A stretch of DNA of 64,000 nt from Eledone cirrhosa (taxonomy: Eukaryota): assembly GCA_964016885.1 (NCBI GenBank), contig OZ024743.1:201376001-201440000 (forward strand). Reading direction: 5' to 3'. Shown piece by piece: positions 1-15,700 of this stretch. A program made the translations under genes and the position numbers. Each line of letters opens with the position of its first letter. Position 1 is the first letter of the stretch. Under the pieces are notes generated by a model. It saw nothing but the letters and a program-made list of their open reading frames with translations. It ran no database searches and was not told the origin of the DNA.

Positions 1-167
1 AAGAAGAAGAAGAATGCATGTTGTATAGTTTGGCTATCAATTGAGTTAAATGGCTAGGAAAAGAATACTTTTATCCTGGTATAGTGTTTTGCCAATCTGC
101 TCTGCAATAGACGGCAAGATCTGTAAGATATTGCAGCTAAGCTCTTGCTTAATTTCTTCATTTCTAT

Positions 168-2310
<2,143 letters not shown>

Positions 2311-2588
2311 ATAATGATTTCTTTATTGGCCACAAGGGCTGACATCAAGACTAACATTACAGACAGCACAGGACGGTACAGAACGGTACGATGTGGGTCT
2401 TGTGCGTGTAAATATTTTTATTATTTATATAAGAAAAGAAAAAAAAGTACATAGAAACATATATATATATATAAACAATAAAAATGAAAATTGAAACAAT
2501 GAAAAATTCCCCAATAGAGGGGAAACCTCCAAGGGTTACTCATGGCGAAAACCACACAAAAGACCACCACCAGGGCAAGCGCTCTCTC

Positions 2589-5500
2589 TCAATTTTTCCA
2601 TTTCTCAAACTCAAAATTCAGAGCGGTCCCGTTCACTCGGACCATTCTCGCTACATTCACCCACCTTTCAACAAACTTGCTAGAAGGCAGCACTTGCCTC
2701 TCCACCTTGATTTTCCTCTTCAAGTGAAACTTGAAAAAGTTAATTAGGGATTCGCCGAAGAGGAAAGTGTCTGTCTTTAACCCTTTCAACCTTGTCCACC
2801 ACACAATCTCTTTCGCCATGGCCACCAGGCAGATGAAAACCGCCTGCCCTTCCTCCTCGAAGGAAGATGGCGAGACCATCTGCATAATGGACTCAGTCGA
2901 TAACTGGATCAGTCCTACACGCGACAGCAACTATTCGACATAGCTCCACAAGTCAGCAATGCTCGGGCACTGAACGAGTGCGTGCACAACGGTTTCGTCA
3001 CTCTGCGCGCATCTCGGACAGGCTCGGCTGCCTGCACTTCCGTGCTTGTAGAGCTTATCTCGAACCGGCAGCGCTCCCCGTTAGCACTGCCAGGCCAGGA
3101 ATTTTGGGAAGTTATCCATAGGCCCTGGGCTGAAAGTTCTCCGGAAAAGAGCAAACAGCTGATCTTCTACGATGCCCAGGATCTCTCCGAGAACTTCGTC
3201 GCTCTTCCCCTCCACTAGTCCTCTATAGAACGCCGAGATGGATGTTCCACCGATACTGGTACCCAGCTGGCAGAGAGCAGTGAGCGCCTGGAGACATTCC
3301 AGTTTCCAAGCGCTATCCCTCAGTCTTTTTCTGACCCAGGACTGCAGCTCCGTCAAGGAGACGAGCTGTGGGAAAACGTGCCTGGCGAACGGCGACCACA
3401 CCTGTTCACCGTCAAGGAAGCACCAGAGATCTCGCAGCCTCAGCGCATGTTTGCGCATCATCAGCCATGGTATGCCGAGTCCTCCACGCAATGGGTGTTG
3501 ACAGCAGATGGATCGTCTGACCATGGGAGCGCGTCCCTTCCACAAAAAGCGGAAGAGGAGGCGCTCCATTTTGGTGAGAGTTGGGCCGGGGCAAGGGACG
3601 ACGGTGAGGCGGTAGCAGATGACAGATGCGATGTACGCATTCACCACCTCCGCCCAGCCTTTCAGGGACAGCTTCCTCTCGGCCCATTTCTGGGTGAGGG
3701 AGGCCACCTTGCTCGTCACCTCGTTCCAGTTTTTCTCCATCTGGAGGTCCGGTCCAAACCAGACCCCGAGCAATTTAACCGGTCCGTCCGTCCAACGCCC
3801 CACGACGCTGTCGGACGGCATGGACTTGCCTCTCCAGTTGCCGAGCTGCAAGCCCACCGACTTTTCCTGGTTTATCTTTGCTCCTGTCACCACTTCGTAT
3901 TCCTTGAGAGTGGTGCCGTGCATCTGGACGTAATGGTGCTCGACGCCACCACGGTGACGTCGTCGGCATAAGCCGACTCGGATTTCCCGCATCCTAGTTC
4001 GCGTGGGACACCACTCATTGCCTCCAGTTTGTGCAGTAACGGCTCGAGAGCCAATACGTACAAGAGGGACGAGAGGGGACAACCCTGGTGGACTGAGCGC
4101 ATGATGCTGAACGTCTGTGACAGGTGACCGTTCACCCTCACAACTGAGCAGATGTCGCTGTACATCGTAGCGATCCAACCCATGAAAACCGGCTGCCCCG
4201 AGGACCGCCGCCAGTTACCGATGGTCGACCCTATCGAATGCTTTGGATTGATCCAAGTTGATCAGGGCTCCACCCGTGCCAGGTTCCTTAACCACCCTCT
4301 CTATGATGTATCGCATGAGGTGGAGGTTGTCGTGTATGGATCTGTCCGGAATGGCGCATGTCTGCACCTCTCCCACCAGACCCTTGACGACAAGCGCAAC
4401 CTAGTTGCTAACACCTTGGCCAAAATCTTGAAGTCTGCGTTTAGCAGGGTTATAGGCCTGAAATTATCGATAACATGCCCCTTGTTCGGTTCTTTTCTCA
4501 GCAGCGCCACTATTCTCTGGCTCACAAAACTGGGAATGCTCCCATTCTGCTGCCAGTTGCAGTAGACGTCTGCCAAGAGGTCACCGAACAAGTCTGGCAT
4601 ACATGCATAAAGCTCGTAGGGCAGACCATCCAAACCTGGCGATTTACCCCTCGTGCAGTTAGCCATTGCTTCCCGTATTTCACCGGCTGTTATTGGCTTT
4701 TCGCAACACTGTTCTGCGGTCGTCGAGAGCCGAGGCAGTCCGTCGAGGTATGCACTGAAGTCCATGCCCCGATCCGGGCCACCGCTGCTCCTGAACAATT
4801 CAGCAAAGTGCTGCTGAAAAGCTTCACACATCTGCTCGGGATTGAGCAAAACGCACCCGTTTTGGTCAGACAAAGACCGAATTGTGGCTTTGTTGCCACG
4901 TCGCGCCTCTGCCACCCGGGCCCATTGGACGGCTTTTGTCCCCTCGTGTTTCAGAGCCCGCGCTCTAGCTCTGACAACGCAGCCTTCGTGTTTTGCGTTG
5001 AAGAATTGGTCGAGTGCCAATCTCGCCGCAAGCACTTCAGTTGCGATGCCTGTCCTAAACGCCTCTTCTAGCTTTCTGACTAGCTTCCCTCTACTCTATT
5101 TTCCTCTATCACTAGTCCTTTGCTAAACCTAATCGACTCTACTTTAATTGCGCTATTCAAGGCGAACCACCACTGTTGTTGACAACCGCTCCCGTCAATG
5201 CCCGCTTAACTAATACGCTAATCCGGTCTCTGTAGGCTTTGCGCGCCGGGAAAGACGCATTCAGCTTCCAATAACCGGCCCTTGTCTATGAAGTCTGTCT
5301 ATGTCGATCTCACAGATCACAAATTTGTGGTCTGTGTAGTCGACTATTTTAAATTGTGGACAACTTATACTAGCCTTATCTAGTTCTCTACAGAATACCC
5401 TATCGAGATACGATCTGGATGACCCGATACGGTTTGTCCATGTCCACATTGGCACATTCGGGTGATCCAGTCGATACCTGTCAGACAGTTCAAAACGTCT

Positions 5501-6007
5501 GAGCAGGTTGGTGAGGCTCTTGCACCCTCCTCCCCTATCCACTAGCCCCACACAATCCCAGCGTTCATCCAAGATACCGTTCCCGTCGCCCACTAACACT
5601 AAAGAGCGAGACGTTCCAAGAAAGGTCTCTAGACGTCTGAAGAAATCTGGCCGTCCTGCCCCTGTTGAGGCGTAGACGGCTACTAGCCTGAAAGCATTGC
5701 CTTCTCTGCCGGTCACGTCCAGCACCACCGACTTACCTTCTGGATCTAGGAAGATGGCCCGTATGGCGAGATCCAAGCCTCTCCCAAAAAGGACGGCAAC
5801 CCCTCCCCCCGATCCTGGACGGCTGGGAGATGCGTATACATCGTAGCCGCCGAAGATCGGTGCGAAGCTTGTGCTTCGGAGATTCTGGTCTCACTGATGG
5901 CCACCACATCTATGTTTAGTGACCTGAGGTCGTTGAGCAGGTGACCCTGCTTCCAAGATGATCCCAGGCCACGTGCATTTTATACTGCCTATTCTGAGTA
6001 CGGCCAT
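2589..6007 (-). pseudogene. Tx1 copy A ORF2 (APE endonuclease + reverse transcriptase), frameshifted
   Basis: ORFs 5261-5776, 4301-5035, 3887-4183, 3081-4178 and 2589-2930 align co-linearly with the intact ORF at 12702-16121; ATG at 6007. Confidence 0.9.
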
Positions 6008-6039
6008 GTTGGATGAGAAACGGCGCAAGTGAGAAAGGG

Positions 6040-9000
6040 TTACTTACCTTGATCGTGTGGTGAAGGGACAGTAGAACCGTCCCTTTGGCTCGTCATGGGT
6101 GTTTCCAAGAAGATGTCAGTGTATATCCTCTTGGTAACCAATCCTCTGAAGTCTCCAACTGCGTTGGGGAATTTTTGTTTTAAACGTTTGTATTGTTCTA
6201 TTGAGATTTCGATGATGCTTATGTTTGTCGGGAGAGTTCTTGGTGTTGGTGGTGTGTAGTAATTTTTTTTCTGTGATGTCTGTGTGCTGCTTTATATATT
6301 GTATGAGTTCTTTTTTTGCCATGTTTATGGCTGTGTACTTTTTGGGGGGAGGGGTGATTTTGTTGCTGTTTTCTTCTTGTTGTTGTTTGGTTTGTGTGTT
6401 TTGTTTTGTTTGCGTTGTTGGTGATTTTGGTGATGCTGGTGGGGGTGTGGTTGTTGTTGGCAGTGGGGCTTGTGGTGGTGATGGTGATGGTGGTGGTGTT
6501 GCTGCAAGTTTCCTTGCTGCCTTTATCCCTCTTTGTGTGCCTTCGCTTTTGGAGGGTGAATCTAAGGGTTTTTTTGTTTTTTGTTTTTTGTGGCAGACCG
6601 TTTGCCACTTCACTCCCGCCTCAAGCTCCATGTCGGATTCCGTACCGTCTGGGAGGGGTATGTGCTCCACGACTGTTGGTGGTGGTAGTGGATCCCTCTT
6701 CGGCAATTTTGTTGCTGGTGTAACTACTTCAAATGTAGCTATTGGTGTTGCCGCCACTGATGCTGCTGCTTTAGTTGTCCGTGGCCTTGGTACGGGCGCC
6801 ACGGACGTTGCCCTCCTACTCACCGTGGAAGGGGCTTCTGCGTTTGTTGCCTGCCCTGCTCTTGGTAGCAGCAGACTAGGTATTGGAAGGAGAGGGGCCT
6901 TCTTCTTCGCTGTTTTCTGCGGGTAAAAGGACCTGAGGTGACCCTTCGACCCACAGAGATAACATTTTAGCCGTCTTCCTTCTACGCTTATAGGGAGTTG
7001 GAGTCCTTCCTCGATGTCTATGATATCGGGGATAGCGTCGATACATTCCCGGTCAGTTTGTATAAGCATTTGCTTATACAAAGAATTTATCTATCTAAAT
7101 TATCTTACGGACGACCTGTTGATTTTGAGAATGTAAGCATTGTCTTCCATATTGCGCAGTCTTCCCAATGAGCAGTGTTTTTAAACTCCGAGCTATGCTA
7201 GTCTACAATTCAAATTCCCCGTTTGTTTCTCTCGGATTTTCAATTAATATTTACATGTTTTTAAATGATTTGTCGCATTCTATTGGACCCTTCCTCAATC
7301 AAATCCTTCTCCTAAAGTTACCCATTTCCCGCCCACACACCACCATTGCTAATGGTCCAATCATAACTTAGCGGCTTTAGTAAGTTCCCTAATAAATCAG
7401 TATAGCAAAGCTACCGACCCGGTTACTACTCCTCAAGTTTAGACACGTTTGATGGGTTGACTGCGGAGATTTGGAAAGTCTAAGCATTCAATGACGATGT
7501 CACAGATAAAGATAAATTCACCTCCTGCTGCAGGACGAGAATACAAAGACCCATCTCTATTTCAGACACGAATGACCAACATAATTCCGTCTCCCACACT
7601 CCTCCCTGACCCTCTAACCAATCCATCCCACCCTCCCAACTTCAGAGTTGGTACCATGAACGTAGGCACATTAAAAGGTCGCTCAAATGAGGTTGTAGAG
7701 ATGCTTGAACGTAAAGAAGTTGATGTTTGTTGTATTCAAGAGACTAGGTGGAGATGGGGTATGCCAGATTCATCGTGGGTAAAAAACGATGCTATATACT
7801 TTTCTGGGTGGGAAATGACAACGGACTGGGTGGAGTAGGAATTATGTTAGCTGAAAAATGGGTAGATAAGGTAATCGACGTAAATAGAGTAAATGACAGA
7901 ATAATTAAAATAAGGCTAGTTCTAAATAAAACTACTGTAACAATAATATCCGTGTATGCACCCCAATCTGGTCTACTTGACGTTATAAAGGACAGGTTCT
8001 ATGAGATGCTAATGCACCCTACCTCCCAAATAACCGACAGCGACTACCTAATTATTGCTTGCGATCTAAACGGCCACGTTGGACAACATAGTGATGGCTA
8101 TGATGGAATCCATGGAGGCTATGGGTTTGGAAATAGAAATGAGGAAGGCTTCAGAATCCTGGAATTCTGTGATGCCAATAACCTAACTATCTGTAACACT
8201 AACTTCAAAAAACGAGACAATCACTTGATCACCTATAGATCAGGGGAACACGCCAGCCAGATAGATTATATCCTTACTAGAAGACGGGACAAAGTGTCTG
8301 TTGTAAACGCTAAATTCCTCCCCCGTGAAGAATGCACTTCCCAACATAGCCTAGTAGTTAGTGACCTCACAGTCAGGAATAGACGTACTCGACGACAGAG
8401 GAGGACTACCTGGACGAGAAGAATATGGAAGCTGAAGGACCCCATAGCCAGTGACAAATTTAAAAGCTTATTACTTGATACCTTTGACAATAAGGAAGAA
8501 CAATTAGGGACGTGTGATATAGAGAAACAGTGGCAATTCTTGAAAGTGAACCTGCTGAAAGGTACGGATGAAATATGTGGCTGGAGCAGACCTATTGGCA
8601 GGAGGAGAGTAACTTGGTGGTGGAACAGTAAGGTAGAAGAGACAATTAAGGCCAAAAAGCAGGCTTCGAAAGTATGGCAGAATGGGGAAAGTAGAGACCA
8701 CTATCAAGTGGCCAGGAGAAAAGCTAGGAGACAAGTGTACCTTGCAAAAAGGGAAGCAGAGGATAGAAAGTTCAAGCATGTTCTACAACGTGAGGACCAA
8801 AAACGCGAGGTGTTCAGGATTGCTAGACAAGGTGTCAAGTAAAACCGTGATATTGTCAGGGAGAAGTGTGTCCGTAATGATAACGGTGTACTTGCCCTCA
8901 CTGATGCTGATAAGAAGATAGCCTGGAAGTGTCACTACGAGAGACTATTAAATGAAGAGAATAAGTGAGAAAAAGATAGTCTGTCCCAAATCGATCCAAT

Positions 9001-12000
9001 AGAAGGACCAGCGGTGCAAGTTAAAGGTAGTATAATAAGTAAGGCAATCAAAGATCTGAAGACAGGCAAGGCAGCTGGGCCCTCGGAGATAGTTGCTGAG
9101 ATGTTGAAGGTATCTGGAATGGTGGGACATACTAAGGTCACCCGTATAGTTAACCAAGTAATACAGAATGGGGTCATACCAAAAGATTGGCGTAGCAGCA
9201 TCATCATTAACTGCTACAAGGGTAAAGGAGATGCTCTAGATAGAGGAAACTATACAGGCATTAAGTTAGTTGACCAGGTCATGAAGGTCACAGAAAGAGT
9301 TATAGCGCAACTAATCAGAGAGCGAATTGATCTAGATGAAATGCAGTTTGGGTTTGTGTCAGGTAAAAGTACCACAGAGGCTCTTTTCCTTGTACGACAA
9401 CTACAAGAGAAGTACCTAGATAAAAGTAAACCCCTCTACTTAGCTTTTGTAGACCTAGAAAAAACCTTTGACAGAGTCCCCCGCTCCATTATCTGGTGGG
9501 CTCTTAGAAAACTAGGTGTAGATGAATGGCTTGTGAGAGCTATACAAGCTATGTATAATGAAACAGTCAGTAAGGTTAGAATTAACAATGAATATTGTGA
9601 AGAATTTAGTGTAAAAGTTGGTGTTCACCAAGGCTCTGTCCTTAGCCCCCTACTATTTATTATTGCCCTTCAGGCTATAACAGAGGAGTTCAAGACCGGC
9701 TGCCCATGGGAACTCCTATACGCAGATGATCTAACGCTCATAGCTGAATCAATGGCCGAACTAGAAAAGAAATTCCAAACATGGAAGCATGGCCTAGAAT
9801 CAAAAGGCCTTAAAGTTAACTTGTCTAAGACTAAAGTCCTTGTTTGTAGAAAGGAAAATAAGGCACAGGTACCCTCAGGGAAATGGCCTTGCTCAGTGTG
9901 TAGGCAAGGAGTAGGCAGAAATTCAATTTTATGTCTCAAATTCAAAGTATGGGTACATAAAAGATGTAGTGGGATCACAGGTAAACTATCTAAGAACGTA
10001 GACTTTATATGTGGCCGATGCTCAGGTGCAATATGTAGCAAGTGTCCACAGGATACTAGCCCCTTCTATTACCCAGATGGTTCTATAGAAATAGTAGACA
10101 CTTTCCATTACCTGGGCGACAAAATCAGCAATGGTGGAGGGTGTTCTGAAAGTACAGTAGCCAGAGTCAGAACGGGATAGAAAAAGTTCAGAGAGCTTAT
10201 ACCGCTGTTGGCTACAAAAGGTTTCTCTCTAAAAATGAAAGGCAGATTGTATGAAAATGCAGATTGTATGAAAAGGCAGATTGCAATGTTACATGGCAGT
10301 GAGACATGGGCATTGCGTGCAGAGGACCTGCGTAGACTGGAAAGGAACGAAGTATGCATGCTCCGTTGGATGTGTAATAGTAATATACGTGAACGGCAAA
10401 GCATAAGTGAACTAAGTGAGAAATTAGGAATAAGAGGGATCAGATGCTGTTTACTCGAGAGAAGACTACGTGGCCACGTGATGCGCATGAAAGACGACAA
10501 CTGTATAAAAAAGTGCAGGGCGATCAAAATTGATGGTAGTTACGGAGTAGGTAGACCCAGAAAAACCTGGGACGATCTGATAAATTCCGACCTTACACAC
10601 TTGCACCTCTCTAAGACAATGTCACTGGACGGAGATCTTTGGCGCTACGCAGTAATACAGAAGACCCACCTTGCCTAAGTGCAAAGCGAAACCTACAGTC
10701 AGTAGGCACCTCTTAACCAAATATACACCCCAATCCACTACCCCTACCCTATCCTCCCACTCCCACCAACACCACCCTCTCTCTATAAAGTTGGTACCAC
10801 AACATCCAGTCCAAATAAATGAGATAAATGAGATAAATGAGATCAAGATTGTGTAGGTGTCACGAGAAAAAAACACAGTCCACGCTGTAATGTGGCCATG
10901 TAGGTAACACGGTACAAAGTTCCCAGTTCCACACTGTAAATGTGGTTGGTGTTAGGAAGGGCATCCAGCCGTAGAAAAACTGCCAGATAGTCCTATATGA
11001 GCGAGACACGGCCACCCGACCAAACCTTGCCTCAAGTGGGACAACTCCCGTCTAACCCATGCTAGCGTGGAAAGTGGACGTTAAACGAAGATGATGATGA
11101 TGATGATGATGATAATGATGATGATGATGATGATGATGATTTGCATGCCTATACTTGACCAGTTCTCTCTCCCTATTTTCTCTACTTACAGCATGGTCGT
11201 CCTGTCCTCGATTCCAGCAAGGACAGACGCGGCCAGCCAAGGTATGGGCACGTCGGGTGGGACCTGGGTCACTTTGACCCTCACAATTTTCTGCCCGCAG
11301 TAGGAGGGCACCAAGACTATCTCCTCACTCTTTAGGGTTTCCAAAGAGTGAGACTTTGCTTCCTGGGGGGTGGCGAAAAGTACGTCTACTGTGGCGTACT
11401 TTCTGCCTCGGGTGATGTGGGTTTTGCGTGCCCAGACGCACCCCAAGGCCTTTTGGATTTGAGCCTCTGTGGCTCTCTCCACCCGATGTGAGATTTTGCT
11501 TACGGTGCGGTAAGTCACCGTCCGTAGCTGCTGGTCCTTGAAAAAAATCGGGTGGAGGTTTCAGGGAGACTCTATTGGCGCTTCTTGGCCCTTGCGACTG
11601 CCATCTCCTCCTCTGTGACTAACATTGTCTCGATATTTCGGGCGACACATGCAAAAGAAGTGGTCCCTTTTTCAGCAGCACCACTATTGCCGCCGCTACT
11701 GGTCTTACTGGTGGTGCTGAGATCGCTGTTACATGTATCGATGTCATTGTTGATGTTTTCGTTGGTACAGTTGTTGTTGTTGTTGTTTTCGTTGTTGTTG
11801 TTGTTGTTACTGTTATTGTGGCTGTTGTTATTATTGTTGTTTTTGTTGATACTGTTCCTACTATTATTGTTGTTGTGGCTGTTGTTATTGTCATTTGTTA
11901 TTTTTGTTATTGTCGTTCTCGACTTTACCGCAGTTATTTTTGTTGTTACTGTTGTTATTGATGGTGTTGTTGTTGGTGTTGTTGTTGGTGTTATTGTTGG

Positions 12001-12175
12001 TGTTGTTTGTGTTAGAAATATTTGTTAATTTTAAATCTGTAACAATCTTCTTTTCCTTTGTAATATTTTCGTTTATATTTACCTCCGCTGGAACGCTGTC
12101 TTGTTGACATGCTGATAAAGTATCCCTCTCTCTGTATTGTCTGACAGCGCTCTCTCTCTTTCTTGTGTTATCCAT
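6040..12175 (-). pseudogene. Tx1 copy A ORF1 (gag-like), split by the RTE insertion
   Basis: ORF pieces 11891-12196, 11186-11518 and 6116-7081 are similar to copy B ORF1 (RGRKYATV vs RGRQYGTV, EGRR.KCYLCG vs EGKRPHCFLCG). The frame joins across the insertion as SIGMQMLIQT. Confidence 0.85.
7074..11138 (+). mobile_element. RTE-clade LINE, near full length, (ATG)n tail, nested in Tx1 ORF1
   Basis: APE (GTMNVGTL, CIQETRW, SVYAPQ, DLNGHVG, SQIDYIL) and RT (FVDLEK.FD, GVHQGSVLSP, LLYADD) in ORFs 7491-10678 with a few stops and frameshifts. 3' end TGGACGTTAAACGAA(GAT)n. Candidate TSD ATTTGC at 7068-7073 and 11139-11144. Confidence 0.92.
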
Positions 12176-12701
12176 GTTGAAATTCTTTTTTTTCAAAAAA
12201 TATTTTTACACAAATACGAATACGACACCCCGTAAAGGGGTGCCGTATTATTTACGAGTGAACTCCTGTATTAGGTGGGTCACTTCTTCTAAACTTTTAT
12301 CAAATTTAAAACTTGAATAAAAGGTTTAGAACGGTTGAACACGAGGTAAAACTTTGAAAAAAACTGGAGGCGATAAGAAGCGTGGTTTCACCAACAACAA
12401 TAATAATAATGATTTCTTTATTTCTAATAATAATAATAATAATAATAATGATTTCATTTATTGGCCACAAGGGCCGACATATAGGGGACAACACAATAGA
12501 CAGGGACAGTGGGGGTTTACATAGAGATCGAGTAAGTATAAATAACAAAAAACAAAATAACAATAAAAATACAACAATGAAAGTTCCCCAATAAGAGGGA
12601 TCACCACCCAGGGTTGACTCAAGCACCCCACCAGTCCTGAGCCACCCGACGCTCCTAGGGCACCCGGGAAGGGCACCCCTCTCCTTCTCGAATTCACCAG
12701 C

Positions 12702-15700
12702 CTACAGGCGCATGATCAGAGTAGGCCCACTCACGCGGGCCATTCTCGCCACATTCACCCACCTTTCAGTAAATGTACTGGGGGGCAGCACTTCTCTCTC
12801 CACCCTCACCTTCCTTTCCAAGTGAAACTTGAAGAAGTTGATGAGGGATTGGCCGAAGAGAAAAGTGTCTGTCTTCAGTCCTTTCAACCTGGTCCACCAT
12901 GCAACCTCTTTCGCTACTGCCACCAGGCAGAGGAAAATTGCCTGCCCTTCCTGACCAAAAGAAGGCGGCGGGTCAATCTTCACTATGGACTCGGACGATA
13001 GCCGGATCCGTTCTACACGCGACAATAGCTGTTCGACATAACCCCACAAGTCAGCAATGCACGGACACTGGACGAGTGCGTGCAGAACGGTTTCGTCGCT
13101 CTGCGCGCATCTCGGGCAGGTTCGTCTGACAGCACTTCCGTGCCTGTAGAGTTTATCCCGAACCGGCAGCGCCCCCCGGTAGCACTGCCAAGCGAGGGAT
13201 TTCTGGAAGTTATCCATCGTCCCCGGCTCGAAAGTCCTCCGGAACATACTGGTCAGTTCTACTTCGTTGACGCCCAGAGCCTCTCCTAGTACGTCATCGC
13301 ACTTGCCCTCCACTAATCCTCTATAGAAATCTTGAGTGGAAGTTCCACTGACCGCATTGCCCACCTTGCAGAGTGCAGTGAGCGCCTGGCAACATTCCAG
13401 ATGCCAGTCGCCCAGTCTCGGTCTCTTCTTGACCCAGGACTGCAGCTCAGTCAAAGAGATGAGCTGCGGAAAGGCCCGTCTAACAAACGGCGACCACACC
13501 TGTTCACCGTTTAGGCAAAATATCTGGAGATGTCGCAGCCTCAGCGCATGTCTGCGCATCATTAGCCACGGCATGCCCAGCCCTCCACGAAGAGGGTGCT
13601 GGCAGCAGATGGACCGCCTCACCAACGGGACCCGTCCCCTCCACAAAAATTTGAAAAGGAGCCGTTCCAAATTGGCGAGGCGTGGACGGGGGCAAGGCAC
13701 GACGGTCAGGCGGTAGTAGATGACGGACGCGATGTACGCGTTCGCCACCTCCGCCCGCCCTTTCAGTGATAGCTTTCTCTCAGCCCATTTCTGGGTGAGG
13801 TTGGCTATCCTGCTCGTCACCTCGTCCCAATTCTTATCCACCTGGAGGTCGGGTCCGAACCAAACCCCGAGCAACTTTACCGGTCCGTCTGTCCAGCGCC
13901 CAACGACGCTGTTGGACGGCAGGGACTTGCCTCTCCAGGTGCCGAGCTGCAAGCCCACCGACTTTTCCGGGTTAAGTTTTGCTCCCGTCAACCTTTCATA
14001 TTCCTCCAAATGGGTGCGGATCACCTCGATTTCCGAGGTGTCCGACACCATCACGGTGATGTCGTCCGCATAAGCGGACGCAGCCTTTCTACGTCCCGGT
14101 TCGAGCGGGATGCCCTGCAACAACTCCAGCTTCCGCAGTAGAGGCTCAAGAGTCAATACGTACAGAAGTGAGGAGAGAGGGCACCCTTGACGGACCGATC
14201 GAGAGATCTGAAACGGTTCCGAGAGGTGGCCATTAACTTTGACCACCAAGCAGATGCCGCTGTACATTGCAGCGATCCAGCTTCTGAAGACGGGGCCGAA
14301 GCCAGCCGCCTCGAGGACAGCCTCCAAGTACCGATGGTCGACCCTATCGAATGCTTTCGATTGATCTAAATTGATCAGAGCCCCACCGAAGCCAGGTTTG
14401 CACCCAACCCTCTCTATGATGTATCGCATGAGGTGGAGGTTGTCGTGTATGGACCTGGTCGGGATTGCGCAAGTTTGCGCCTCCCCAACCAAATCTTTGA
14501 CGATAAGCGCCAACCTTTTCGCTAACACCTTGGCCAAAATCTTAAACTCTGTGTTGAGCAGGGTTATGGGCCTGAAATTATCTAGTGTGTCCCTCTTGTT
14601 CTCGTCTTTCCTTATCAGCGTCACTACGCCACGGCTCACAGAACTGGGAATGCTCCCGTTCTGCTGCCAGTTGCAGTAGAGCGCTTCGAGGAGATCGGAG
14701 AACAAGTCTGGCATATTTACGTAAAGCTCGTAGGGCAGACCATCCAAACCGGGTGACTTGCGACTCGAGCAGCCGACAAGGGCGTCCTGAATTTCGACTG
14801 ATGTTATCGGCTCTTCGCAGCGCTCAGCGTCGGCCGTCGAGAGGCGTGGCAAGCCGTCGAGGTAGGGACTGAAGTCCGCCGCCGTCTCCGACTCACCCAT
14901 CCTCCCGAACAATCGAGCAAAGTGCTGGCGAAAGGCCTCACACATCTGCTTGGAATCGCTCAGTTCGTGTCCATCTCGATCCGTCAAAGACCGAATTGTG
15001 GTTTTATTTCCACGCTGCGTCTCTGCAAAGCGAGCCCATCGGGCAGCTTTGGTTCCCTCGTTCCTCAGAGCACGCGCCTTAGCTCTGACAATGCAACCTT
15101 CGTGTTTCGCATTGAAGAAATGGTCTAGTGCCATTCTCGCCGCTAGCACGTCTGTTGCAATGCCACTACAAATAGCCTCGTCTAACTTAGCTATCAGCCC
15201 CTCCTCCTTTCTATTTTTCTCTATTGCTACTTCTTTGCTAAATCCTATCGAGGTTGCTCTAATCTCTCTTTTGAGTGCCCCCCACCACCTGTTGTTGACA
15301 ACCCCCCCTGTCAACTTTTGCTTAACTAAGTTGTTGACCCGGTCCCTGTAAGCTTTACGTGCCGGAAACGACATGTTTAGCTTCCAGTAGCTAGGTCCTA
15401 ACCTACATGTCTTATCTAGGTCGACCATACAGATCACAAGCTTGTGATCTGAATAGGCAACCGTTTTAAAATGTGGACATCCTACACTATTTCTATCTCT
15501 TTTCCTAATGAAAATCCTATCTATGTACGATCTAGATGACCCTATGCGATTGGTCCAGGTCCATACTGGCGCATTAGGGAAATCTAGTCGGTACCTGTCA
15601 GACAGTTGAAACTGGCTGATCAGGTACTTGAGGCTTTTGCACCCCCCGCTCCTATCAGATACTCCCACACAATCCCAGCGTGCTTCTAAGATGCCATTCC

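Larger units (their letters stand above)
2315..12394 (-). mobile_element. L1/Tx1-clade LINE, copy A: full-length but decayed, interrupted by an RTE insertion at 7074-11138
   Basis: Frameshifted ORF2 pieces: APE (RLVAVYA..LVGD.N..DH), RT (KSPGLDGLP, NFRPITLLN, QGCPLS, AYADD). ORF1 has a zinc-knuckle-like CYLCGSKGHL. 3' end GCCCTTGTGGCCAATAAAGAAATC(ATT)n. Homologous to copy B. Confidence 0.93.
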
